Part shown: piece after piece, positions 23,650 to 32,547 of the stretch
How the letters are laid out: each line of letters opens with the position of its first letter
Numbering within the stretch: position 1 is the stretch's first letter
Source: Variovorax sp.
GTDB lineage: Bacteria; Pseudomonadota; Gammaproteobacteria; Burkholderiales; Burkholderiaceae_C
Direction: 5' to 3'
DNA length: 64,000 bases
NCBI GenBank assembly: GCA_965218415.1
Contig: CBDCKT010000003.1
Coordinates: 1,896,904 to 1,960,903 of the forward strand
Notes under the pieces: model-generated
Told to the model about the DNA's origin: nothing
The model's input: the letters and a program-made list of their open reading frames with translations, nothing else
Database searches by the model: none
Translations under genes and position numbers: made by a program

Positions 23650-24160
23650 ATGATGGGTGTTGCAATTCGCAAACTGTCGCTGTCGGAATTCATGGCCTGG
23701 AAAGCGAACCAGGCAGGCCGCAACGAGTTCCATCGCGGCGAGGTGTTTGCCAATGTCGGCGGTCGTCGTGGCCACAGCCGCATCGTTGCCAACCTCACGC
23801 GGCATTTGGGCAACCACCTCGATGGATTGCCTTGCCAGGTTTTCAGAGGAGGCATGAAGGTGCGGATCGGCGATGACACTGTTGTCTACCCGGATGTTTT
23901 CGTGGGCTGTGACGAGCAGTTCAGGTTCGACGAGCAGGTGATCACCGAGCCCGTCCTCGTCATCCAAGTTCTCTCGCCCGGGACGCAGGCCTACGACAGG
24001 AGTGCGAAATTCGCTTCCTATCGGCGGCTGCCATCGCTGCGGGTACGCCCTGATCGACCCCGATACGCGCCGCGTCGAAGTGTTCAGGCCGGGCGACGAT
24101 GCGCTTTGAAAACTGTTCGACATGAGCGACAGTGAAGCGCTCGAATTCGCCAGCGTCGGT
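23650..24160 (+). pseudogene. Uma2 (DUF820, PD-(D/E)xK-like) endonuclease pseudogene
   Basis: YPDVFVGC, EPVLVIQVLSPGT and YRRLPSLR in one frame; YALIDPDTRRVEVFR resumes in another frame from 24044; in-frame TGA at 24107-24109 where Trp is expected, then KLFDMSDSEALEFASVG. Confidence 0.85.
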
Positions 24161-24343
24161 CCACGCATTCTTTATTCGATGTTTTTCAGGGCATGGACAG
24201 CGACGGGCGCCGCAGTCGGCACAGGGCGTGACCTTTGTTCTTTGCGTTGCGAACTTCTTCGCTGAGGACGTTCGTTGTCCGCCTGCCTGCTTCACTGCGC
24301 CTCGCGCAAAATTTAACATCCCGATCGTTCGGCGAAAAGTCAG

Positions 24344-24407
24344 GATTTAAGAGAAAAAGGTCCGAAACGCCCGATTGACGTGCGCTGACAGCTATTTATT
24401 TGATAGT
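24344..24407 (+). repeat. 64-bp dispersed repeat, copy 6
   Basis: GATTTAAGAGAAAAAGGTCCGAAACGCCCGATTGACGTGCGCTGACAGCTATTTATTTGATAGT. Confidence 0.9.
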
Positions 24408-24427
24408 AAACGCCCGGCCGGCGCCCG

Positions 24428-25360
24428 CTATCCGCCGACTTCATTGACCACATCCGCACCATCGAGCACGGTCAAAAGATTCCGGATCGCAGCGCCCCGC
24501 AAATGCGCGATCGACTCGTGCGAGACGCCTGCGACGTGCGGGCTCAAGATCACATTGGGCACATCGCGCCAGCGTTCCGGCGAGGCGGGTTCTTCCGCGA
24601 AAACATCGAGCGCCGCATAGCCGAGTCGGCCGTCACGGAGCGCGGCAATCAGCGCGTCTTCGTCGATCACGGTGCCGCGCGAGATGTTGACGATCAGCCC
24701 TTCAGGGCCGACTGCCGCGATGGTTCCGGCGTCAATCAGGCCCGCCGCATCGCCGCGCGTGGCGAGGATCAGCGCGGTGCACCAGTGCGCCAGATCGATC
24801 AGGCTGTCGCGACGCGGCCAGGCTGCGGATTTGTCGTGCGGCGACCACCACGCGATCTCGCTTCCGAACAGTGCTAGACGCTGTGCAATCGCGCTGCCGA
24901 TGTTGCCGAGGCCGACGATGCCGAAGCGCTGGGCGGACATGGCGCGCCGACGCTTGGGAAGACCGGAGTGCAGCCATCGCCCATCCCGAACCCAGGCGTG
25001 CATTTCGGGCAAGCGATGGACCGCAGCGAGCGTCAATGCCACCGCATGATCGGCGACGTCGCCGCTGTGCGTGTTGCCGGCGTTGGCGACCTTGATGCCG
25101 CGTGCCCGGGCGGCGGCGACGTCGATGCCGTCGTATCCCGCGCCTGGTACCGCGATCAGACGCAAATTGGGCAGCCGATCGAGCATCGATTTGTCGAGAT
25201 GGGTCGTCAGCGTCGCGATCACCTCGCCACCGCGCGCTTCGAGCGTCGCGCGCGGATCTTGCGCCTCCCACAGCCGGATGAAGTCGAAGCGATCGGCGAG
25301 TGCGCCGTCGAGCAGGTGTTCCTCGCGTTGATCGCAAAAGAGCAGGGCGGGCTGAGACAT
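24428..25360 (-). CDS. D-isomer-specific 2-hydroxyacid dehydrogenase
   Basis: GAGYDGID, GLGNIG, NISRG, LDVFAEEP and SPHVAG motifs. Confidence 0.92.
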   Translation of the reverse strand: MSQPALLFCDQREEHLLDGALADRFDFIRLWEAQDPRATLEARGGEVIATLTTHLDKSMLDRLPNLRLIAVPGAGYDGIDVAAARARGIKVANAGNTHSGDVADHAVALTLAAVHRLPEMHAWVRDGRWLHSGLPKRRRAMSAQRFGIVGLGNIGSAIAQRLALFGSEIAWWSPHDKSAAWPRRDSLIDLAHWCTALILATRGDAAGLIDAGTIAAVGPEGLIVNISRGTVIDEDALIAALRDGRLGYAALDVFAEEPASPERWRDVPNVILSPHVAGVSHESIAHLRGAAIRNLLTVLDGADVVNEVGG

Positions 25361-25384
25361 TCGGTTGCGCTTTTTCAGTCGAAG

Positions 25385-26161
25385 CTAGCTTCGATAACTC
25401 GCATCACGCCGATCCAGTTGCCGCACCAGGGCGTCGTACACGTCCTGCCCGGCGCCATAGCGCGGATTGAATTGAAGTGAATCGGTCGTCGTCCTCTCGG
25501 CGACCCCGAGCGGAATCGGAAGCGCCTTGCCGAGCGCTGCCTGCGCAACCTGAATCTCGCAAGCGCGCTGGAGCGTCCAGAGCCGCACGAACGCCAGGGG
25601 CAGGGTGACGCCCCACGCCAGCAAGCCGTGGTTGCGCAGGATCAGCAGCGGCTTGCCACCCATGTTCGCGAGCAGCCGCGGCGTTTCGCCGGCATGGATC
25701 GTGATGCCTTCGAACGGGTGATAGGCGACCAGATCGTGCAATTGCGCGGAATAAAAGTTGTTCTGCGCCAACCCCTCGGCCGTGCTGGCGACCGCGAGGC
25801 CTGCCGTGGTATGCGTGTGCATCACGCAATGTGCTTCCTCGACATGATCGTGAATCGCGGCATGCACCGTGAAGCCGGCGGGGTTGACCGGCCAGGGATT
25901 CGACGCATCGAGCTTGCGGCCTTCCAGATCGATCCTGACCAGATTGCTCGCCGTGACTTCGCTGTAATGCAGCCCGAAGGGATTGATGAGGAACTGCTTT
26001 TGCTTGCCCGAAACGCTTTCGGGCAAACGCACTGTGATGTGGTTGTAGATCATCTCGGCCCAACCGAGCCGATCGAAGATGCGGTAGCACGCGGCCAATT
26101 GCACGCGTGCGGTCCACTCCTCGGGATGAAAACTCCGTTCGCCGGAAGCCAGGTTCGTCAT
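25385..26161 (-). CDS. Class II aldolase/adducin family protein
   Basis: YNHITVR, INPFGLHYSEVTASNL, HAAIH, MHTHT and RNHG motifs. Confidence 0.92.
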   Translation of the reverse strand: MTNLASGERSFHPEEWTARVQLAACYRIFDRLGWAEMIYNHITVRLPESVSGKQKQFLINPFGLHYSEVTASNLVRIDLEGRKLDASNPWPVNPAGFTVHAAIHDHVEEAHCVMHTHTTAGLAVASTAEGLAQNNFYSAQLHDLVAYHPFEGITIHAGETPRLLANMGGKPLLILRNHGLLAWGVTLPLAFVRLWTLQRACEIQVAQAALGKALPIPLGVAERTTTDSLQFNPRYGAGQDVYDALVRQLDRRDASYRS

Positions 26162-26312
26162 GAAGCATCTCCAGTTCACGTGCGGTGTCGAACTGCGCGC
26201 CGGTAACAGTTCGTGCCGACGCGCGCGCTAGCGGAACACGTTTTACAACCGAAACGATCGTTGTGGGTGGATGCGCGTTGCGCAGTCCGCAGGGAATGAC
26301 GGGTTCCACACA

Positions 26313-26376
26313 GTTTCAAATAAAAAGTGTTTGAAACCTTTACTGGACGTGCGCAAGCAGCTATCCCTTTAATAGC
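26313..26376 (+). repeat. 64-bp dispersed repeat, copy 7 (left flank of the MAA cluster)
   Basis: GTTTCAAATAAAAAGTGTTTGAAACCTTTACTGGACGTGCGCAAGCAGCTATCCCTTTAATAGC. Confidence 0.9.
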
Positions 26377-26603
26377 ATTACCCGTGTTGCGATCGATGGC
26401 TTTCGGCTCGACGACGGTCCGTGCGAAAGCTGCGCCCATGTGCCGGACGGCTCGCGATGCCGGTCTTGCGCCCCGATGCAAACGCGCCACTGCAAGCCGA
26501 TAGCAGCATCGACTTCCGCGAATTGCGGCATGCGCCTACCTGCGCCGAGCAAGTGACTCCCGATAGTCCGGGATGGTTTTAAACATGGAACGCCACACCG
26601 CCA

Positions 26604-27482
26604 ATGAGCATGCTGTCACGTAAGTTGCTGACGACAGATGAATCGGGTGCCGCCAACGCGTCACCGCGCCCTGTCGATCCGCTCGGCATCATTGCCGAGC
26701 GGTTGAACCAGATCGCGCAGCACGCCAGCGGCATGGCAGAGCTCGATTCCGGTTTCGTCGAGGCGATTCGACATGTTTCGCGGCTTGCAAACGGGTTGGC
26801 GCCCTACATGGCGGACTGCACGACACCCGAATCCGCTGCGTTGTCGGCGCTCGTCGCGCGCACGCAGTCGACGGATTGGGCAGCCCATTTTTCGCAGGGC
26901 GAGACCACCGTCGCGCTGGAGCAGGAGATGCTCTCGGGCCATGTCGAAGGCCAGTTCCTCAAGTTTCTGGTCGGCGCGATGCGGGCGAAGCGCATTCTCG
27001 AAATCGGGCTCTTCACGGGGTACTCGGCGCTCGCAATGGCCGAAGCCTTGCCAGGGGAAGGCCGCCTGGTCGCCTGCGAGATCGATCCCTTCGCCGCCGA
27101 ATTGGCGCAAAAGGCATTCGATGCGTCGCCGCACGGGCAAAAGATCGAAGTGCATGTCGGCGATGCCGCTCGAACCCTGCAGCGCTTGAACGAAGAAGGA
27201 GCGAGCTTCGACCTGATCTTCATCGACGCCGACAAAGCCGCCTACGGGGCCTACTTCGACATAGTGCTCGGCGGCTCACTGCTCAGCGCACATGGTGCGA
27301 TTTGCGTCGATAACACCTTGATGCAGGGCAGCCCCTGGATGCCCGAGCCGATGACGCCAAACGGATCGGCGATCGCCGAGTTCAATCGCATGGTCAGGGA
27401 CGATGAGAGGGTCGAGCAGGTGTTGATACCGCTTCGGGACGGCTTGACCTTGATTCGCCGCCGCGAATCCGGGGCGCTGTAA
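26604..27482 (+). CDS. mysB: O-methyltransferase of MAA biosynthesis (MysB-like)
   Basis: PVDPLGI N-terminal segment, EQEMLSGHVEGQFL, LEIGLFTGYS, FIDADK, DNTL, PLRDG; cluster context. Confidence 0.9.
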   Translation: MSMLSRKLLTTDESGAANASPRPVDPLGIIAERLNQIAQHASGMAELDSGFVEAIRHVSRLANGLAPYMADCTTPESAALSALVARTQSTDWAAHFSQGETTVALEQEMLSGHVEGQFLKFLVGAMRAKRILEIGLFTGYSALAMAEALPGEGRLVACEIDPFAAELAQKAFDASPHGQKIEVHVGDAARTLQRLNEEGASFDLIFIDADKAAYGAYFDIVLGGSLLSAHGAICVDNTLMQGSPWMPEPMTPNGSAIAEFNRMVRDDERVEQVLIPLRDGLTLIRRRESGAL

Positions 27483-27487
27483 TCCGC

Positions 27488-28894
27488 ATGGCAAGCGATC
27501 TAACCAGAACCGCTGGCGCTATCGGCAATGTCGGCAGCGTCCGCAAGACCGGCGGCGCTCGAATAGTCGCAAAAGATATTGCGACTTTGGCCTTGCTGAC
27601 AGTCGCATTGCCGCTCAATTTGGGGCTCGTCGCGGGAGCTCTGGTCTGGCGCACGTTCCGAAAAGCATTGGGGCGTGACCGCCCGCGCGTGCCCGCGCGC
27701 GAGCCGAAATCGATTCTCATCAGCGGCGGAAAAATGACGAAGGCGCTGCAACTCGCGCGCTCGTTCCACGACGCCGGTCACAGGGTCGTCCTTGTGGAGA
27801 GCCATGACTACTGGCTCATCGGCCACCGTTTTTCGCGCGCGGTCGATCGCTTCTATACGCTGCCCAAATCCGGATCAGCGACCTATGCGCGCGCCTTGCT
27901 CGAGATCGTTCGCCGGGAGCGAATCGATGTGTACGTGCCCGTGTGCAGCCCGGTCGCGAGTCTGCACGATGCGCAGGCCATTGCCGTGCTGGCGCCTTAT
28001 TGCGAAATCATTCATGTCGACTCGACGAAGATCTCGCTGCTCGACGACAAGTACGAGTTTTCGCAAGCGTCCGGAGGAATGCAGCTCTCTGTTCCCCGAA
28101 CTTTCCGGGTCACGTGCGCCGACGACGTATTGCGATTCGATTTTTCCGGCGAGGCGCGGCGCTACATTTTGAAGAGCATCGCCTACGACTCGGTGCGGCG
28201 TCTCGACCTGACGCAGCTTCCAGCCGCGACGCCAGCGCAAACGGCGGATTTTGTGCGCTCGCTTCCGATCTCGGCATCGAACCCCTGGATCCTCCAGGAG
28301 TTCATTCCCGGCAAGGAATTTTGCACGCACGGCACCTTCAAACATGGCGAACTGCGGGTGCATGCCTGTTGTGAATCCTCTGCGTTCCAGATCAATTACA
28401 AGAACGTCGACAAGCCGGCGATCGAGGCGTGGGTCCAGCGGTTCGGTGCAGAACTCGCGCTGACGGGCCAGGCCTCCTTCGATTTCATCGAGGCCGACGA
28501 CGATGGCCGGATCTACGCGATCGAATGCAATCCGAGAACACATTCGGCCATCACGATGTTCTACGACCATCCGGACCTGGCGGACGCTTATCTGGGCGAG
28601 CAGCCGCTGCCGGCCCCGATTCGTCCGCTGGCTTCGAGCCGCCCGACCTATTGGATCTATCACGAGATCTGGCGACTCCTCACGCGCGTGGGGTCGATGG
28701 CCGCCACGCGCGAGCGCCTGCGCATCATCCGCGGAGGCAAGGATGCGGTGTTCGACTGGCGCGACCCGTTGCCGTTTTTGATGCTGCACCACTGGCAGAT
28801 TCCGCTGCTGCTGCTCAGAGATGTGCGCGAGCGGCGCGGCTGGGTCAAGATCGATTTCAATATCGGCAAGCTCGTGCAGTTGGGAGGCGACTGA
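27488..28894 (+). CDS. mysC: ATP-grasp mycosporine-glycine ligase (MysC-like)
   Basis: TLALLTVALPLN, ISGGKMTKALQLARSFH, GHRFSRAVDRFY, ILKSIAYDSVRRLDL, LQEFIPGKEFCTH, IECNPRTHSA, PTYWIYHE and DFNIGKLV, the recognisable MysC signatures. Confidence 0.93.
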   Translation: MASDLTRTAGAIGNVGSVRKTGGARIVAKDIATLALLTVALPLNLGLVAGALVWRTFRKALGRDRPRVPAREPKSILISGGKMTKALQLARSFHDAGHRVVLVESHDYWLIGHRFSRAVDRFYTLPKSGSATYARALLEIVRRERIDVYVPVCSPVASLHDAQAIAVLAPYCEIIHVDSTKISLLDDKYEFSQASGGMQLSVPRTFRVTCADDVLRFDFSGEARRYILKSIAYDSVRRLDLTQLPAATPAQTADFVRSLPISASNPWILQEFIPGKEFCTHGTFKHGELRVHACCESSAFQINYKNVDKPAIEAWVQRFGAELALTGQASFDFIEADDDGRIYAIECNPRTHSAITMFYDHPDLADAYLGEQPLPAPIRPLASSRPTYWIYHEIWRLLTRVGSMAATRERLRIIRGGKDAVFDWRDPLPFLMLHHWQIPLLLLRDVRERRGWVKIDFNIGKLVQLGGD

Positions 28895-28897
28895 GCC

Positions 28898-29941
28898 GTG
28901 CCGCTGCGTCGAATCCTGCACTTGGTCGGCTCGCCGACGAACGATTTCTTTTGCGAGCTTTCCGATGTTTACGCGAGAGCGTGCATCGACGCGCTTCGCG
29001 ATCCGGCGCGCTATGCGTTCGTCATTGCACTTGTCACGCCTGACGGCCTCTGGCGCTTCCCCGAATCGCTCGAACGCGATGCGATCGACGCTTGCGAGCC
29101 TATGACCGTCGGCCCGGCCATCGCCCGCATCATCGGCGAGCGCATCGATCTGGCGCTTCCGCAAATGTTCTGCATGGCGGGAATGACGGCTTACCGCGCG
29201 CTGCTCGACATGCTGAAAATTCCATATCTCGGAAACCCGCCGGCGCAAATGGCGATCGCGGCTGACAAAGCGAAGGCACGGGCGATCGTCGCGAGCGCCG
29301 GCGTGCGCATTCCGCGCGGCGAGTTGCTTCGCGCAGGCGACGCGGTCACGCTGCCACCGCCCCTCGTCATCAAGCCCAATGATTCCGACAACTCCGACGG
29401 GGTTTCGCTCGCGCGCTCCACGCAAGAGGCAGCGGGGTCGTTGCGTGAAGCTTTTTCTTTTTCGGACCGCGTGCTGGTCGAGCAATACATCGAACTCGGG
29501 CGCGAGGTGCGCTGCGGCGTCGTGGTCGAAGGCGGCGAACTGCAATGCCTACCACTCGAAGAGTATTTCGTCGATACCGAAAAAAGGCCGATTCGCACCC
29601 GCGCGAACAAGCTCAGCCGCGATGCGGACAACGGCATGACACTCGCTGCCAAAGAAAGCACGCAGTCCTGGATCGTCGCCACCGACGATCCCATATTTCC
29701 CGCCGTGCGGGATGCTGCGCTGCGGTGCCACGACGCGCTCGGATGCCGGCAGTACAGCCTTTTCGATTTCAGGATCGATCCCGAAGGCAAGCCCTGGTTC
29801 CTGGAAGCGGGGCTTTATTGCTCGTTCTCACCCCAAAGCGTGCTTGCCACGATGATGAGCGCGGCCGGTACGCCGCTCAGTTTGTTTTTCTCCCGGGCAG
29901 TCGAAGAATTGCTGAACGCCGATCCGACGCGGGGCCGCTGA
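28898..29941 (+). CDS. mysD: D-Ala-D-Ala-ligase-like MAA amino-acid ligase (MysD-like)
   Basis: LHLVGS..DFFCELS..YA, LALPQMFC..GMT.YRALLDML, YIELGREVRCG, CLPLEEY, YSLFDFRID and FLEAGLYCSF motifs; GTG start. Confidence 0.9.
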   Translation: MPLRRILHLVGSPTNDFFCELSDVYARACIDALRDPARYAFVIALVTPDGLWRFPESLERDAIDACEPMTVGPAIARIIGERIDLALPQMFCMAGMTAYRALLDMLKIPYLGNPPAQMAIAADKAKARAIVASAGVRIPRGELLRAGDAVTLPPPLVIKPNDSDNSDGVSLARSTQEAAGSLREAFSFSDRVLVEQYIELGREVRCGVVVEGGELQCLPLEEYFVDTEKRPIRTRANKLSRDADNGMTLAAKESTQSWIVATDDPIFPAVRDAALRCHDALGCRQYSLFDFRIDPEGKPWFLEAGLYCSFSPQSVLATMMSAAGTPLSLFFSRAVEELLNADPTRGR

Positions 29942-30048
29942 TCGCGCTTTGCGTTTTTTCGCTCGACCGCTCCGGTCTGGTTTTTTCTAGTTTCACTGGT
30001 TCGCGTCGCCGCAGGGCGGCAATTTTCCAATCAAAGGTCTTGTGTTTT

Positions 30049-31806
30049 ATGAGCAGCACGGTGCACGGTATTCAAAAGTTCCTCGACCGGTTCGACCATT
30101 CGGCATTGAACGGGGACGATCCGGGGCGCGATCTGATCGGGCTTGTCGCGTCTGAAGATTTCAGGCGCCTGTTGTCGACGCTGGTGGAGGCACCCGCGTT
30201 CTCGAATGCTCTGGGCGAAGAATTCGCTGCCGTCGGTGCGGTCGAAGGGATATCCGCGTGTCGCATGCTGCGCGGCTGCATGAATTTGTCGTTGCGCCGC
30301 TTCATCATGTTGCTGGCGCAGCTCCTGTCGTCGTTCGACAGCGCGCCGGAGAAGCCGGCGGTCGGCCCGGCCTGGAAGCGGTTCGCAGAGCGGATTCAGC
30401 AGGCGGAAGCGCTTCGGGACGAAAAACTCACCGACTACGCCGCTTCGCTTCAAAACGCATCCGACGCGGGGATTTTCTACGAATCGCTCGCGGTGCGGCT
30501 CGAGCAGACGAATCCGCATGCGATCTATCCAACCTCCAACTACCGCGAATCCGACGGCCATGCGGTCAGTACGGCAGACGACCAGACCATCGAAGCGGTG
30601 ATGTCGGTGAGTACCTTTTCGAGCATCAAGATCGTCGATCGGTCGCTCGACCTGGATCAGCCGGTTCTGAAAGATATCTATCAGTCGCTCGGTCGTTGCG
30701 TCTGCCTCGTGGACGAAAGCGTCGAAGCGATTTATGGCGCGCAGCTCGAGCGCTATTTCACGCATCACGACGTGGTGCTGCACAAGCGTGTCTACCGCGC
30801 CATGGAGGCGGACAAGGGAATCCGAACGGTCGAGAAAATGCTGGGCGATTTCAAGGCGCTCGGTGTGTCCCGAAACGAGCCGGTTTTGATCGTCGGTGGC
30901 GGGGTGCTGGCCGACACCGGCGGATTGGCTTGCGCGCTCTATGGCCGCAATACCCCCTATGTGATGCTCGCGACGTCGATAGTCACCGGCATCGATGCCG
31001 GACCGTCACCGCGCACCTGCTGCGATGGATTCGGCTACAAGAATCTGTTCGGCGCGTACCACCCGCCGGTGGTGTCGATCACCGACCGGTACTTTTTCAA
31101 GTCGCTGCACGAAGGCTGGTTGCGTCATGGCATTGCCGAAATCATCAAGATGAGCATCGTCAAGAATGCCGAGCTTTTTGCCGATCTCGAGAAAGCGCAA
31201 GCCGACCTCGTGCGAACGCGATTCGGCACAGTCGAATGCGCCGGCGACGATGCGATTCGGAGCCTTTCGCAGAAAATTCTGGGTGGCGCGCTCAAGTCAT
31301 ATGTGGCGGCGGAATATGACAACTTGTATGAAACCCATCAATGCCGTCCGCACGCGTATGGCCACACCTGGTCGCCAGGTTTCGAGATTGAGGCCGGTCT
31401 CTTGCACGGTCATGCCGTGTCGGTCTGTATGGGATTCGGTGCCTATCTGAGCTTCAGGCTGCAATGGATTGAAAAAAGTGACTTCGAGCGCATCCTTAAA
31501 TTGATCAGTGGTTATGGGTTGAGCCTCTGGCACGAAATTCTCGATCGCAAGGAAACGATCTGGAAAAGCCAGCAGGTCGTGATGCAAAAGCGCGGCCAAA
31601 ACCTCGTGGCACCGCTTCCCAAGAATGCGATCGGCCAATGCGGCTACCTCAACAAGCTGACTCAGGCCGATCTGTATTCGGCTCTGGACGAATACAAGGC
31701 GCTGTGCAAGAGCTACCCCCGAATGGGGCGTGGCATCGATCCGCTGTGCAGCGATGTCGGGCTCGAAGCGCCGTCCACGGTCGGCGCGGCGTTGGTCGAC
31801 GCATGA
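30049..31806 (+). CDS. mysA: Sedoheptulose-7-phosphate cyclase / demethyl-4-deoxygadusol synthase (MysA-like), long form, 585 aa
   Basis: DHQS-like fold: GGGVLADTGG, MLATSIVTGIDAGPSPRTCCDG, KNLFGAYHPP, HGIAEIIKM, CRPHAYGHTWSPGFE, LLHGHAV; start at ATG 30049. Confidence 0.88.
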   Translation: MSSTVHGIQKFLDRFDHSALNGDDPGRDLIGLVASEDFRRLLSTLVEAPAFSNALGEEFAAVGAVEGISACRMLRGCMNLSLRRFIMLLAQLLSSFDSAPEKPAVGPAWKRFAERIQQAEALRDEKLTDYAASLQNASDAGIFYESLAVRLEQTNPHAIYPTSNYRESDGHAVSTADDQTIEAVMSVSTFSSIKIVDRSLDLDQPVLKDIYQSLGRCVCLVDESVEAIYGAQLERYFTHHDVVLHKRVYRAMEADKGIRTVEKMLGDFKALGVSRNEPVLIVGGGVLADTGGLACALYGRNTPYVMLATSIVTGIDAGPSPRTCCDGFGYKNLFGAYHPPVVSITDRYFFKSLHEGWLRHGIAEIIKMSIVKNAELFADLEKAQADLVRTRFGTVECAGDDAIRSLSQKILGGALKSYVAAEYDNLYETHQCRPHAYGHTWSPGFEIEAGLLHGHAVSVCMGFGAYLSFRLQWIEKSDFERILKLISGYGLSLWHEILDRKETIWKSQQVVMQKRGQNLVAPLPKNAIGQCGYLNKLTQADLYSALDEYKALCKSYPRMGRGIDPLCSDVGLEAPSTVGAALVDA

Positions 31807-31849
31807 ATCACCCAGTCGCAGATCACTTCAACTTTCAGGAGAACCAGAT

Positions 31850-32545
31850 ATGCCCAAATCCGCTTTGATGTTCGGCTCGATCGGGAGCATCGTCGAAAGC
31901 TCCGACATCCAGCGACGCGCTTACAACCAGGCACTGAAAGAAGCCGGCCTCGACTGGGAATGGGATCGCGACACCTATGCCGAACTGCTCAACCAGTCCG
32001 GCGGCAAGGAAAGGTTGTCGATGCTCGCCTCGGCGACCCACGCGGCGTTGTCTGCCGAAAAAATCGAAAGAATTCATGCGCGCAAGACCGAGATTGCATG
32101 CGAAGAGCTTGTTTCAAAAGGCATCAAGCTCAGGCCAGGCGTTTCGGAATTGATCAAGTTTGCCAAAGGCCAAGGCACGAAGCTGGCTTTCGTCACCAGC
32201 ACGTATCAGCCGAATATCGACGCGATCTTCGAGGCGGCAGGGGCCGCGCTGGCGGCCAGCGACTTCGACTACATCGGTTCTCGCAGCGATGTGACGCAAG
32301 GCAAGCCGGCGCCCGACGCTTATCTGAACGCGCTCGCGAAGCTCGGCGTATCGGCAGCGGATGCGGTTGCGGTCGAAGACACGGCCAACAGCGTTATGTC
32401 GGCCAAGCGCGCCGGACTGTTCGTGATCGCGACGCCCGGCGAAGTCACCGCCAACCAGGATTTCTGGCAAGCCGATCTGCTTGCCGGCAGCTTGCTGGGC
32501 CCCGACGGCGCACTCGATCCGCGCGTTCGGGCATCGCTTCAATAA
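31850..32545 (+). CDS. HAD-IA/CbbY-like protein with non-canonical motif I
   Basis: MFGSIGSIVESS replaces DxDGT; GGKERL, LRPGV, FVTST, KPAPDAY and AVEDT motifs; AGGAG RBS. Confidence 0.8.
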   Translation: MPKSALMFGSIGSIVESSDIQRRAYNQALKEAGLDWEWDRDTYAELLNQSGGKERLSMLASATHAALSAEKIERIHARKTEIACEELVSKGIKLRPGVSELIKFAKGQGTKLAFVTSTYQPNIDAIFEAAGAALAASDFDYIGSRSDVTQGKPAPDAYLNALAKLGVSAADAVAVEDTANSVMSAKRAGLFVIATPGEVTANQDFWQADLLAGSLLGPDGALDPRVRASLQ

Positions 32546-32547
32546 GC

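Noticed and set aside
26170-26603. LexA (SOS) box upstream of the MAA cluster
   Set aside because: No CTGT-N8-ACAG match seen.
28898-31806. Housekeeping ddl (D-Ala-D-Ala ligase) and aroB (DHQ synthase)
   Set aside because: Motifs and the adjacent MysB/MysC genes fit MAA enzymes; no mur/fts or aroK context.
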